Source of the DNA: a virus | Lineage: Duplodnaviria > Heunggongvirae > Uroviricota > Caudoviricetes | DNA: 64,000 nt | Virus record (IMG/VR): IMGVR_UViG_3300031992_000008 | Span: 64,001 to 128,000 of that record | Strand: one strand, 5' to 3' | In this document: positions 47,012 through 56,586 of the stretch, in pieces | How positions within the stretch are numbered: the first letter of the stretch is position 1 | How the letters are laid out: every line of letters starts with the position of its first letter | Position numbers and translations under genes: made by a program | Notes under the pieces: generated by a model | Told to the model about the DNA's origin: nothing | Database searches by the model: none | The model's input: only the letters and a program-made list of their open reading frames with translations

Positions 47012-48610
47012 ATGTCCCAATTCAAATATTCTATCGTTACATTCATTTTTGGCGAGTACGACAAATGTCGTACTCCATTATTTATTGACAAAGACATAGA
47101 GTATATTTTAGTAAGTGATCATCACTTTGAACATCCTGTATGGAAAGTTGTAGTAGACGAAGAGTTATCCGGAAAGAGTCCGCTATATCAGTCCTATTAT
47201 GTCCGTTACCATCCTTTCAAGTATGTTCATAGCGATACAGTAGTAGTTATAGACGGATCTATAAAGATCATGGACGACTTGTCTGAAATCGTAGATCCGT
47301 TTATAAATTCCGATCGCGATATGCTACTGATGTGTATGAATTATCCATATTCTTCAGAGCAGAAGATTCAACATTGGAAAAAGGTTCGCCATCTGGATGA
47401 TGAATCTATAGAAAATATCAGGAAGCTTCAGGCAGAATTTAGCATCGAAGATATGCTTGGATCTATCGGAAATGCCTTTAGAATTCTTAAAAACAACGGA
47501 ATCAATAGGGACTTCAACCGAGCTGTATGGGCCTACTCACTACAATGTGGTATCAATGGAGATCCAAACCGTCTTGATGAGATCGTTGAACAAATTGTTC
47601 TTAAGACATTCTTTATGAATCTCAAGCTGACGTTGGCAAGCCAGCAAATTATACACTCTAAATTCCTGAGACATTATTGGCATAAATCTAGTGTTGAATC
47701 TAGGCTATTGCCAGACTATGACGACTTCTATTTCTTGTGCGATCTTCCTATATCTCCTAAGCGTTATGGAGATGAGCGTAGATATCCGTCTAAATACAGG
47801 TTTAATACCGAAGCTATCCTTATCACTAAGTATCTAAAAGAAGCAGATATGGATGAGTGGATAGATTGGCATCTGAATCATTGCGGATTTGAGCATATAC
47901 AGATCTTTATCAATGACCCATCGTTTGATATTAGGAAATATTCTTCAAAGTTGGACGATAATCGTGTGACTATCAAGGAAGTATATGGTGATATTCGTCA
48001 ATATAAGATATACAACGAGTATATCGCTAATATATCTGAGGCAAAGTGGGTTATGCCTATTGATGATGACGAGTATCTATGGATAGCTCCAGAATTCAAA
48101 TCCATATATGAAGCTATACAATATTATAACCGAAAGATGGCTCATTTGAATATGCTGGCTGTACGATGGAAGCATCTATTTCCTAAGAAATTCCACGAAA
48201 GTCGGAATGGCAAAGTCTTAGATTATTGTACGGAGGAAAATCCAAGGTTAGCGGCATCCTTCACTCCCGGAGGAGACCGTACTATAAAGACTATTGTTAG
48301 AAGGTATGGTTCTATTCATTATGAAGAAGCTACTGAAAATCCATACGGCGGTCATGTACCTGTTCATGAGCTTGCGTCATCAGCGATACTATTTGATGGC
48401 AGTAGAGTAAAGTCTACATCTATTAAGGATTTTCCGGAGGATACCTCTGATGAGAAGATTAGGCTTCTGCATTGTAGATACAGCGATCCGGATCTTTGGA
48501 ATGCCAAGTATAACAATACAGATCCTACAAAGAACTGTATGCGAATCAGTGATAGTAAGAAGCATCCCAAAGCCTTCCTGTTTAACAAAATTCTGCCTTT
48601 TCTGGAATAA
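47012..48610 (+). CDS. Two-domain glycosyltransferase (DUF616-like GT-A + GT2/GT92-like)
   Basis: Start moved to ATG 47012. N-half IVTFIFGEYD, YILVSD, VIDGSI; C-half EWIDWH...GFEHI, WVMPIDDDEYL, KTIVR. Confidence 0.72.
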   Translation: MSQFKYSIVTFIFGEYDKCRTPLFIDKDIEYILVSDHHFEHPVWKVVVDEELSGKSPLYQSYYVRYHPFKYVHSDTVVVIDGSIKIMDDLSEIVDPFINSDRDMLLMCMNYPYSSEQKIQHWKKVRHLDDESIENIRKLQAEFSIEDMLGSIGNAFRILKNNGINRDFNRAVWAYSLQCGINGDPNRLDEIVEQIVLKTFFMNLKLTLASQQIIHSKFLRHYWHKSSVESRLLPDYDDFYFLCDLPISPKRYGDERRYPSKYRFNTEAILITKYLKEADMDEWIDWHLNHCGFEHIQIFINDPSFDIRKYSSKLDDNRVTIKEVYGDIRQYKIYNEYIANISEAKWVMPIDDDEYLWIAPEFKSIYEAIQYYNRKMAHLNMLAVRWKHLFPKKFHESRNGKVLDYCTEENPRLAASFTPGGDRTIKTIVRRYGSIHYEEATENPYGGHVPVHELASSAILFDGSRVKSTSIKDFPEDTSDEKIRLLHCRYSDPDLWNAKYNNTDPTKNCMRISDSKKHPKAFLFNKILPFLE

Positions 48611-48612
48611 TT

Positions 48613-49518
48613 ATGCACCCCATTGATCTAGTCATTCCTTATGTAAACTGCGATGATCCTAACTGGCAAGCTCTATATAGGCAGACCCTTCATAGAGACT
48701 TCTGTAGCCAACGATTCAGAGATTACGGCACGCTCCTATACCAATTTAGGGGTATAGAACGCCATATGCCTTGGATAAGAAGGGTATATCTGATTGTCCA
48801 ATCTCAATCTCAGATTCCGCAGTGGCTAAATACAAAGCATGAGAAACTAAAGGTTGTATTCCATCAGGATATCATTCCACAGGAGTATCTGCCAGTCTTT
48901 AAGAGTACCATCATAGAACTACACGCCGATCGCATAGACGGGCTATCGGAGAATTTTATTCTGGGTAATGATGACTTTATTCCTATCAAGGACTTGTCTC
49001 CAGAAGAATACTTTGTCGATGACCGTCCGGTTCAAAAGCGAGAGGATAATCCAGGAATGCCTGTCAGTAGTTCTGATAATATTATGCAATTTGTTGTGTA
49101 TCGGATGGCAGTCTTAGAAAGATGCTACCTGCAAGATCTGAGTTTCTGTGGGTTAAAGCATTGCCATCTGTATATTCCTTACAACAAGACCTTCTGGAGA
49201 CAAATCTTAGAAAGGTTTAAGTACAGCTTTGGAGCCTCATTTTCAGAATCTAAATACAGAGGATCTTTAGATCTGAATCATTGGTTGATTTCAGACCTTC
49301 AGATCTTAAATGGATTATCGGTGATTAACGATAGCCTAAATACAAATGGCTATATAGAGCTGAAAGATGATACTGACGAGTCCTCTATATCTCCAATTAT
49401 AGAACAGAGCAAGGTAATATGCATGAACGATCGTGTAGAATACAATTTTGAGAAGCTTAATCTAGCTAAGAAGTATCTGAATGAGCTATTACCAGATAAA
49501 TCTTCCTTTGAACGGTAG
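48613..49518 (+). CDS. Stealth-family (CpsY-like) hexose-1-phosphate phosphotransferase
   Basis: CR1 IDLVIPYVNCDDPNW; CR2 RFRDYGTLLYQFRGIERHMPWI...HQDIIP..LP.F.S..IE...LSENFILGNDD; CR4 CMND. Confidence 0.88.
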   Translation: MHPIDLVIPYVNCDDPNWQALYRQTLHRDFCSQRFRDYGTLLYQFRGIERHMPWIRRVYLIVQSQSQIPQWLNTKHEKLKVVFHQDIIPQEYLPVFKSTIIELHADRIDGLSENFILGNDDFIPIKDLSPEEYFVDDRPVQKREDNPGMPVSSSDNIMQFVVYRMAVLERCYLQDLSFCGLKHCHLYIPYNKTFWRQILERFKYSFGASFSESKYRGSLDLNHWLISDLQILNGLSVINDSLNTNGYIELKDDTDESSISPIIEQSKVICMNDRVEYNFEKLNLAKKYLNELLPDKSSFER

Positions 49519-49521
49519 CAT

Positions 49522-50151
49522 ATGAAAGATTTTGTATGCATTTCTAACAATTGTTCTTCCAGTTTTCTTTATCGATCTCTAGGAAAAGAATTTAATTGTC
49601 CGCTTACATGGAGTAAGATCACAGAGGCCGATATTCTAAAGGCTATACAGAATTGGAAGGCTATTGATTGGAATAATGTCATTTTCCAAATGTCAGACGA
49701 GTCTAATTATACTATTGCTGATATAGATGGTATCATACGAGCGAAGTATATCCATTACAAATACAGTGAGACGGATGATTTAACTCCAAGGGTATCTTCT
49801 GGTGGATCGCTGTATGCTTCTAATGTGTTTTACAAGGATATCCTTAGATACACCAAGGACAAGTACGAAGCCAGATTGAGTCGGATGCCGAATCTCAAGC
49901 CTTCTCTATTGCTAATGCATTGGGGTGATATCTGGGAATGCTCAGACCAGTGCTTATACGATATTGTAGACGAGAGCGAACGACAAAATTTGAAGCTGTT
50001 TATCTTGACATTTAACCAGAAGCTGTCGATCTCCGAGTCTGAAAATGTCAAATGGATAAATCTAAATCACGGGATAGACACTTCTAGATCTAGGCAGATT
50101 ATAGAATTCTATTCTAAACCTATAACCACCCACTTTACTTCAAATCAATGA
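49522..50151 (+). CDS. DUF1919-like polysaccharide-locus protein
   Basis: ISNNC...LY..LG.EFNCP...; DIDG.I...YIHY. Confidence 0.65.
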   Translation: MKDFVCISNNCSSSFLYRSLGKEFNCPLTWSKITEADILKAIQNWKAIDWNNVIFQMSDESNYTIADIDGIIRAKYIHYKYSETDDLTPRVSSGGSLYASNVFYKDILRYTKDKYEARLSRMPNLKPSLLLMHWGDIWECSDQCLYDIVDESERQNLKLFILTFNQKLSISESENVKWINLNHGIDTSRSRQIIEFYSKPITTHFTSNQ

Positions 50152-51779
50152 GCGGATTTTACATTACCAATTCAAAGCTGCTTCAAGGAAAGGCTGAATT
50201 TCTTAAGCCTAGAGGCAATAAAATAGACACTAAGATCTGTCTTAGTGTATCAATAGTTGGATCCTCCTACAAATCTTCGTCTATCACTCAATCTGAAAAC
50301 GGGGATATGTATATAGCAGCTGATAACCAGCTGTACAATACTGATTCTTTAGAAGTGCTATATCGGCGTTATGGAACTGAATGCCTGAAGTATTTGAATG
50401 GCGGATTCTCTTTCGTGATCTATGATTCTGCAAAGAACATTCTGTTCGGAGCTAGAGACAGATTAGGCGAAAAGCCGTTCTTCTATTATTACGATGGCAA
50501 AAATATAGAATGCTCTTCATCTTTAAAAGCCATCTGCTATGGTAAATCTTCTTTGGAAATTAATGAAACTGCCAAGAAGATGTATATAAAGTATGGCTTT
50601 TTGTATGACACTGCATGTATATTCAAGGAAGTAAAGAAGCTTCCAGCTGGTCATTACTTCATGTATGACTTAACGACAAATAAAATGAGTATTCACAAGT
50701 ATTGGGATCTTGATCCGAAGTACTTTGAAAATTATCCGTCTATTCGGAATACCGCAGAAGCTGTAGAGTATATAGACAATCTGCTATATGATTCCATCCG
50801 CATTAGGGTGCCGTCTCATGAGAAGATTGGAATGGGTATTTCTTCCGGAACAGATTCTTTTACTATCTATAACTATCTGCGAAGTATGGAAAAAGATCCT
50901 CCGCTATTTAGCGTAGTTTCTTGGGATAGGAACTCTCCATACAATGAGTATCCTTATGCCGTAGAAAACGTTAGATCCGTATTTCCAGATAAGAGCATAG
51001 ATGCTTTCTTCCTTGATGATAACGAGTATATAGATGGAGTTAATGATTACTTTGAATATTACGAGGAGCCTAATTCTGATTTCTCCTGCCCGATAACGAA
51101 TCTGTTATTTAACAAGATGAAGAATTGCTATAACACTGACATAGCTTTCTCCGGTATAGGAGCTGATGACATTTTCTTCGGAAAGCCTGTTTATACAAAT
51201 TTCTTTGGTAACATCAAGGCTTACAATGTATCCTATACTCCGGGCTTAGAAGCTATGTGTGATCAAAGAATTGAGATAGACGATTTTAGCGAAGTCCTAG
51301 ATCCATCGAACGTCTTATCTATGCAGAATTATGACATAAAGACCTATCTTCCTAATCTGCTTGTAAAAGAAGATATTGCTTCAACCCATTATGGAATAGA
51401 AGTTAGAAGTCCATTCTGTGATCATCGTCTGGTAGAGTTTTTAAGCACACTTAGCAGAGAAGTCATCTTTCCAGACGGTCGAGTGAAGTATCTGATGAAG
51501 CTCTTGATTCAAAAGAAATTTAAGATAGATTTCTTCAACAGACGAAAGATAGGATTCTTTCCTAATCTTAAGAATATTGCAAGCATTAAAAGTATAAGAG
51601 AAGACTTGTTTGAAACCTTAAACGCCGATAGAATAAAGACGTATTTTCCGGAAATGTCTATCGATAAGATAAAGTACAAGATGGACAATTATCTGATAAA
51701 TGATAGTGAGCGTAATCTGCTAAATCTCTATTTCTACATAAAGATGATGCTTAATTATCGTGAAAAAATCTTCTGCTAA
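50148..51779 (+). CDS. Asparagine-synthetase-like (AsnB) amidotransferase lacking the N-terminal Cys
   Basis: N-terminus MSGF; LNGGFSFVIYD, GARDRLGEKPFFY, KKLPAGH, PP-loop SSGTDS, SGIGADDIF, EVRSPFCD. Confidence 0.88.
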   Translation: MSGFYITNSKLLQGKAEFLKPRGNKIDTKICLSVSIVGSSYKSSSITQSENGDMYIAADNQLYNTDSLEVLYRRYGTECLKYLNGGFSFVIYDSAKNILFGARDRLGEKPFFYYYDGKNIECSSSLKAICYGKSSLEINETAKKMYIKYGFLYDTACIFKEVKKLPAGHYFMYDLTTNKMSIHKYWDLDPKYFENYPSIRNTAEAVEYIDNLLYDSIRIRVPSHEKIGMGISSGTDSFTIYNYLRSMEKDPPLFSVVSWDRNSPYNEYPYAVENVRSVFPDKSIDAFFLDDNEYIDGVNDYFEYYEEPNSDFSCPITNLLFNKMKNCYNTDIAFSGIGADDIFFGKPVYTNFFGNIKAYNVSYTPGLEAMCDQRIEIDDFSEVLDPSNVLSMQNYDIKTYLPNLLVKEDIASTHYGIEVRSPFCDHRLVEFLSTLSREVIFPDGRVKYLMKLLIQKKFKIDFFNRRKIGFFPNLKNIASIKSIREDLFETLNADRIKTYFPEMSIDKIKYKMDNYLINDSERNLLNLYFYIKMMLNYREKIFC

Positions 51780-51788
51780 AAGACTAAT

Positions 51789-51828
51789 ACAAAAAAAAAG
51801 ATAAGCCAATAGGCTTATCTTTAAATTT
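51789..51828. terminator. Bidirectional terminator
   Basis: AAAGATAAGCC-aata-GGCTTATCTTT between convergent genes. Confidence 0.75.
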
Positions 51829-52100
51829 TAGGTTTCGTTGTAATAGAGTACTTGATAGGTATATCTTTCCCCATTTTCAAAGAATACTTCGACCATGGCA
51901 TCCGTGTTAATGTCCTTAGCGGAAACCTTTTCTATGAGCTTATCGCAGCATCTGATCTTACAACTGCAATCTGTAGCATCCTTGTCGGATTCAATACACT
52001 CATTTATCCAAATAGCTGCGGCAACTTCGTCTCTTGCTACGGTAGCCGCTTCTACAATTGCTCCATCATTAGTCCTCATTGATGTCACTATGTATTTCAT
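51828..52100 (-). CDS. Small hypothetical protein
   Basis: SD GAGG; ends at a terminator. Confidence 0.7.
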   Translation of the reverse strand: MKYIVTSMRTNDGAIVEAATVARDEVAAAIWINECIESDKDATDCSCKIRCCDKLIEKVSAKDINTDAMVEVFFENGERYTYQVLYYNET

Positions 52101-52995
52101 CGTCTTCCTCTATGTCAGAAAATTGTTCAAGAATTTTGTTTCTAATATAAATTGTCGGATGAGGGGCTAAATACCAATCACCCGGTTCACCATTATGGCT
52201 CTCATCTTCTCTAGCATCTTCTTTAAAGAATTTAAGATAGAACATTGGATTCCGATCTATTTCTTCTTTTGCCACAGTAAGCATCATAGGTATAGTAAGC
52301 TTCTTAAGGAAAGACAGCTTTCCTGATACGAATGAATAACGTACCGCAGAGATTAGATCAGAATATAAGAATGTCCTGCTCTTAAAATAGAATAACAGAA
52401 GTACTTCCATTGAGGAACCATATCTAGGATTTCCAAGTTTATCCCTTCTGGCCTCAAAGAAGTCCTTTATAACCTTACTTGTGAATAAATCAAATTTGCT
52501 TCTTTTTGGAAAACTGTATTTTCCCCTGCTAGAATCTATATTCACTAGGAATCTATATAGGCTCTTTACTGACTTCTGAATTCTGCCAAGATATAGCTTT
52601 CCGCTATCAAACATCGCAATAGTACTAGTTGAGATACCGCCATTGGATGAAACACTACCCGGCATAGCCAATATGGTATTATACTTGTAATTGTACTCTA
52701 TTTCGTAATCAATAGATTCCAGTAAGCATGAAAAGTATTCTGTTCTAAGGCTCATAACATACAAGGCCATTACAAGCCTGTACATGGTTGGTCTTCTGGT
52801 AAACAACGGGTTTAAGAAATTCGGGTACACGAAATCAAACATAGCTGTATTTAATTCCCTTAGGAATCTACTAATCTTATCTATACACAACTTATTTTCG
52901 CTATCGACAATTCTCATCAAATCACGTACTAACTTGAAAGTTTCATATTTCACATTTTCTTGAATATTTAGTCTATATTTGTCTTTGTCTCTCAT
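52069..52995 (-). CDS. Hypothetical protein (308 aa)
   Basis: Long ORF, SD-like GGAG; overlaps the next gene by 32 nt. Confidence 0.7.
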   Translation of the reverse strand: MRDKDKYRLNIQENVKYETFKLVRDLMRIVDSENKLCIDKISRFLRELNTAMFDFVYPNFLNPLFTRRPTMYRLVMALYVMSLRTEYFSCLLESIDYEIEYNYKYNTILAMPGSVSSNGGISTSTIAMFDSGKLYLGRIQKSVKSLYRFLVNIDSSRGKYSFPKRSKFDLFTSKVIKDFFEARRDKLGNPRYGSSMEVLLLFYFKSRTFLYSDLISAVRYSFVSGKLSFLKKLTIPMMLTVAKEEIDRNPMFYLKFFKEDAREDESHNGEPGDWYLAPHPTIYIRNKILEQFSDIEEDDEIHSDINED

Positions 52996-52997
52996 TG

Positions 52998-53381
52998 TTA
53001 GAGCTCCTTAAGCTTCTTTCTCCAATACTCTGCGACTTTAAACCAGAAGGATATATCACCTGTAGATCCGGCAGTTAATGCACCGCTTTTCGATCTTCTT
53101 TCAGACAACAGCATTTCGTTATGAGCATTTGAAGCTCTTACCATACAGACAACCTTCTTTAGCTGTCTAGTCCTTTCTGCATAATCTATGCCTAGCCCAT
53201 TAACCATGCTGGCATTACGTCTGACCATTGTCTTGTATCTATGTACAAGCTCTTCTATAACCTTTTTTACATCATCGAGATCTGCTACTTCTGCAGGAAG
53301 TGCGTCGGTAGGTTCTCCATTTTCATCGGACTCTACAGCTGTGTAAGTCCTAATTTTCTTCATGTATTCTTCAGTTTCCAT
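52998..53381 (-). CDS. Hypothetical protein
   Basis: Start moved to ATG 53381 (METEEY) behind GGAG. Confidence 0.65.
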   Translation of the reverse strand: METEEYMKKIRTYTAVESDENGEPTDALPAEVADLDDVKKVIEELVHRYKTMVRRNASMVNGLGIDYAERTRQLKKVVCMVRASNAHNEMLLSERRSKSGALTAGSTGDISFWFKVAEYWRKKLKEL

Positions 53382-53446
53382 TTTTCGACTCCAATTAACA
53401 TTATAATGATAACTACTGACCGCCAAAGACTTCTAAGGAGGTTAGA

Positions 53447-53917
53447 ATGATTCAAGTACTTGACTTCGTTTCAACAACGAGTAAATTTATATTAAGGGAT
53501 CCAAGATACGAGCTAGAGAATTCGGTTGACATCAATCTCAGACTTAAGCACAATAACATAATCTTTACTAGGACTATTATGTTACAAAAGGGCTTTCAGA
53601 CCAACGGTTATGCCATACCAAGAGCTCTATCGTTTCTGGCTCCTAAAATTTCAATATCAAAAGATTCAAGATATGATGCGGAGTATAATTCACCAATTTT
53701 AGTCTATCAGGCTTTGTGTGATATGGGAAAAGATTCCGGATTTACACAAGCCGAGGCTAGAGACATCTTTGCTGGAATGGTAAATATAAGCTTTGCTTCT
53801 AGGTTAAGGCTATACATAGCTAAGGCTTATACTTTGATATTCCAAGATATGAATGGCTCTTTAGGATGGGATATTGATTTCTTGGATAATTCAGGCTTTA
53901 TAGAAATCATTAAATAA
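53447..53917 (+). CDS. DUF1353-like protein, degenerate
   Basis: KGFQTNGYAIPR and Y...ILVYQALC...EARDIF..M parallel the DUF1353 pattern GF.TDGASIPR and Y..AA.VHD.LY...EAD.IF..M. Confidence 0.55.
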   Translation: MIQVLDFVSTTSKFILRDPRYELENSVDINLRLKHNNIIFTRTIMLQKGFQTNGYAIPRALSFLAPKISISKDSRYDAEYNSPILVYQALCDMGKDSGFTQAEARDIFAGMVNISFASRLRLYIAKAYTLIFQDMNGSLGWDIDFLDNSGFIEIIK

Positions 53918-53948
53918 ATTGTAGACCTTTATTGGTCTACAATTTTTA
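53912..53948. terminator. Bidirectional terminator
   Basis: AAATTGTAGACC-tttatt-GGTCTACAATTT. Confidence 0.75.
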
Positions 53949-54068
53949 TAAAATTTCTATGATCCCATAGAGGAAAACACCAGTGAAAAATCCATACATT
54001 AATGCTCCGACTATTCTTCCAAGTTTCTTCATTTTTACTCTAAATGGTTTAGGTTTTCTTTTAGACAT
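53946..54068 (-). CDS. Unannotated 40-aa membrane peptide
   Basis: MSKRKPKPFRVKMKKLGRIVGALMYGFFTGVFLYGIIEIL; SD GGAG, TATATTA at 54091-54097, terminator after the stop. Confidence 0.7.
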   Translation of the reverse strand: MSKRKPKPFRVKMKKLGRIVGALMYGFFTGVFLYGIIEIL

Positions 54069-54186
54069 AATTTCTCCATGATACAATTGTTAATATACCA
54101 CAGAATTTTTTTCTTTAGTATTTATTATAAAAAATAAAAATATAAGTAACAATATATAAAAAGGTGTATTCATTAATGGAGAACCT

Positions 54187-54657
54187 ATGTCAATCATACC
54201 TCAGACTTCAGACAAGCGTATTACCGATCTACTTAGGGAATACGAGAAATTGAGTGATGAAGGAATTATCAAAATCCTTGTTGATGCTGTTGGCAATATA
54301 TACTTTAAAACTACATGGGATCAAGAAGATAGTTTCTTTACTTGGATAAGCAAAAAGAAAGAATATCATCCTCTCATAGCAAAATATTTTATAACCTACG
54401 AAGATGTCTGGTTTATACGTGTAGAGCCAAGACACAGAAACATAAGAGTCTGGCTTGCAAATGCAAGTATACCAAGTAAATCATTGGTATCATTTGGTGT
54501 TGGCGAGGAATATTATTATGACATCTATAACGACAAGAAGAATTTTAAGTATAATGATCCTCTAGCTATTATTCTTAGCAGAGGTTTAAACCAAATCTTA
54601 GAACTTAAAGCAGCATTCTACGAGGAATACTGCAAGGAGAAAGGTGTTGAAATATGA
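54187..54657 (+). CDS. Paralogue-array member 1
   Basis: WFIRV..I.VW...G..LN.ILELKA.FYEE pattern shared with its neighbours. Confidence 0.75.
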   Translation: MSIIPQTSDKRITDLLREYEKLSDEGIIKILVDAVGNIYFKTTWDQEDSFFTWISKKKEYHPLIAKYFITYEDVWFIRVEPRHRNIRVWLANASIPSKSLVSFGVGEEYYYDIYNDKKNFKYNDPLAIILSRGLNQILELKAAFYEEYCKEKGVEI

Positions 54658-55145
54658 GACCAGTATGGTTTGACAAACTTTATAAAAGCGAGAAGATCAA
54701 GGATCTTATTGATACTTTATTCAAACTTGGCGAAGATAAAGTTATCTCGTTATGTAATGATGGCAATGAAATTCTGTTCAAGACATCTTATGATCGAGGA
54801 GACAGTGAAGACAGATTCTTGGAACATATCTTCAAGCATCATCATGACGTATACTCTAAAATGTTCAAACGAGAATTGAGACATGTTTGGTTTGTGAGGG
54901 TATGTATGACCTCTCCTGTCCTTGACATATGGGTAAACGACGACAATAAAGGAGATGCTATCTCATTAGGATATGGTTCTAATCTTACCTATGAGTATGA
55001 CGAAATTGGTGCCAACGAAAAGAGAATCACCGCATTACTTATTGATGTAATAAATAAACTTCTGGAATTGAAGTCGATGTTCTATGAAGAATTCTTATCA
55101 CAGCTGCCAAATAAGGCAATAACAAGGAGCCATGATGCATACTGA
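54654..55145 (+). CDS. Paralogue-array member 2
   Basis: VWFVRV..LDIW...INKLLELKSMFYEE; ATGA overlap. Confidence 0.75.
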   Translation: MRPVWFDKLYKSEKIKDLIDTLFKLGEDKVISLCNDGNEILFKTSYDRGDSEDRFLEHIFKHHHDVYSKMFKRELRHVWFVRVCMTSPVLDIWVNDDNKGDAISLGYGSNLTYEYDEIGANEKRITALLIDVINKLLELKSMFYEEFLSQLPNKAITRSHDAY

Positions 55146-55614
55146 CATAAGTGATGTAGCTTATTATAAGACTATAAGAAAATGCTTTAGTCCAGAGGTC
55201 GCAGACATCATTGACAGCTATGTTAAGTTGGCTGAAGACAAGGATGACATGATTTACTTTAGAGTAAATGATGGAGAAAGTAGCGAATGCGGACTGGAGT
55301 TTAGAGTAAGTGAGTATCAAAAATCTCCTCTGTACTACGCCTATGAGCACATTCCTGAATCACACGCTTTCATAGATAAACCTGTGGGAATATGGTTTTT
55401 CTTTGTTACGCTAGGAAGAAATGATGGAGGTTCTCTCTTTACAAAGAATGTATCGCTATGGACATCTGGAGCTAATCGCAGAATTAAATTTGGCGCTGGA
55501 TGCCACTATGGTAGAGAGAACTTTGATGCGGACATTATCTCTCGTCTCAACGAAGGTCTTAATTCTCTTTTGACTATTAAGGCTATGGTGTATGCACACA
55601 TCCATCACCATTAG
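55132..55614 (+). CDS. Paralogue-array member 3
   Basis: IWFFFV..VSLW...LNSLLTIKAMVY. Confidence 0.7.
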   Translation: MMHTDISDVAYYKTIRKCFSPEVADIIDSYVKLAEDKDDMIYFRVNDGESSECGLEFRVSEYQKSPLYYAYEHIPESHAFIDKPVGIWFFFVTLGRNDGGSLFTKNVSLWTSGANRRIKFGAGCHYGRENFDADIISRLNEGLNSLLTIKAMVYAHIHHH

Positions 55615-55658
55615 ACTTTTAATAACATATAAATCTTTAGACTTAACCAAACGGAGTT

Positions 55659-56072
55659 TTGAAAATGGCAACTTTGACTATTGACGACAAAATTGACGAT
55701 CTTATGCAACAGATAGAGGCCACCGCAGTTCGACACAAGATTGTCGAAATCATGACAAACGGTGCAAGTAAGGTCGTGTTCACTGGCCTTAGCGCTTTCG
55801 AATATCTGCGTGACAATGGCTGGGTGGAAGATTCTGAAAAGGAACGCCCGAAGCAGTTTTATCTGTGTTCCATCTGCACTGACCACTCTTGTGGGTGTCT
55901 TAGGGATGAAAAAGCCTTTAAGAATAAGCACTTTGGTGCTGCGTTTCAAGAAGGTGGTTCTGCATTCTTTAATAAGGAAGAGATCCTTCATGCTCTGGAG
56001 GTCGCAGTGGATTTTATTAACAATGTCCTCATAGATATGTTCGACAAGGGATATATTAAGGATGATGAGTAG
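55659..56072 (+). CDS. Hypothetical protein inserted in the array (not obviously a paralogue)
   Basis: SD GGAG; different pattern (FYLCSICTDHSCGC). Confidence 0.7.
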   Translation: MKMATLTIDDKIDDLMQQIEATAVRHKIVEIMTNGASKVVFTGLSAFEYLRDNGWVEDSEKERPKQFYLCSICTDHSCGCLRDEKAFKNKHFGAAFQEGGSAFFNKEEILHALEVAVDFINNVLIDMFDKGYIKDDE

Positions 56073-56577
56073 AGAATCCAAAAACTTCTGGCACTATCTT
56101 CATGCTTTCTTTGACGAAATGAGAAAGCTTGAAGAACGCCATATAGTCATACTAGGAATTGGCGAAATACATTCTAACCGAGTTGAATACAATATAAGAC
56201 TTACCAAAGAATTTTCATGTTTCATAACGAAGGCATTAGAGATATCTGACTTGCGCATACCTTCACCCTTCTTTGTCATGGAGATGGATTTCTCAAGGAT
56301 TCCAGAAAGCTGTGTCGCTGGACGGCTAGATATATGGAGTGATTCGAATAGGAACTTTACTTTCAATTCTACCCCATCATGTAGCGTTAAGCAGATATTC
56401 GTGCAGAAAGATGCCATGGAAGCTATGGATCGTGCTTATGACATGATTCTCAAGGCTGCCTTAACATTTGAGTATGCTCAAGGATTGACACGAGCTGACA
56501 GTCCAGATGATTACAAAACAAGGTTCAAGCATATCACTGGCAAGGAAGCCAAATTCTTTAACACTATGAATATCTAG
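56062..56577 (+). CDS. Possible diverged array member
   Basis: Similar size and layout (FFVMEM..LDIW..C-terminal helix); weak similarity. Confidence 0.6.
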   Translation: MMSRESKNFWHYLHAFFDEMRKLEERHIVILGIGEIHSNRVEYNIRLTKEFSCFITKALEISDLRIPSPFFVMEMDFSRIPESCVAGRLDIWSDSNRNFTFNSTPSCSVKQIFVQKDAMEAMDRAYDMILKAALTFEYAQGLTRADSPDDYKTRFKHITGKEAKFFNTMNI

Positions 56578-56586
56578 GATAGCACT

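Noticed and set aside
53956-53969. TCTATGATCCCATA as a fourth copy of the leader element
   Set aside because: It lacks the upstream box, the ATATTA continuation and the hairpin, and lies antisense inside the 40-aa ORF.
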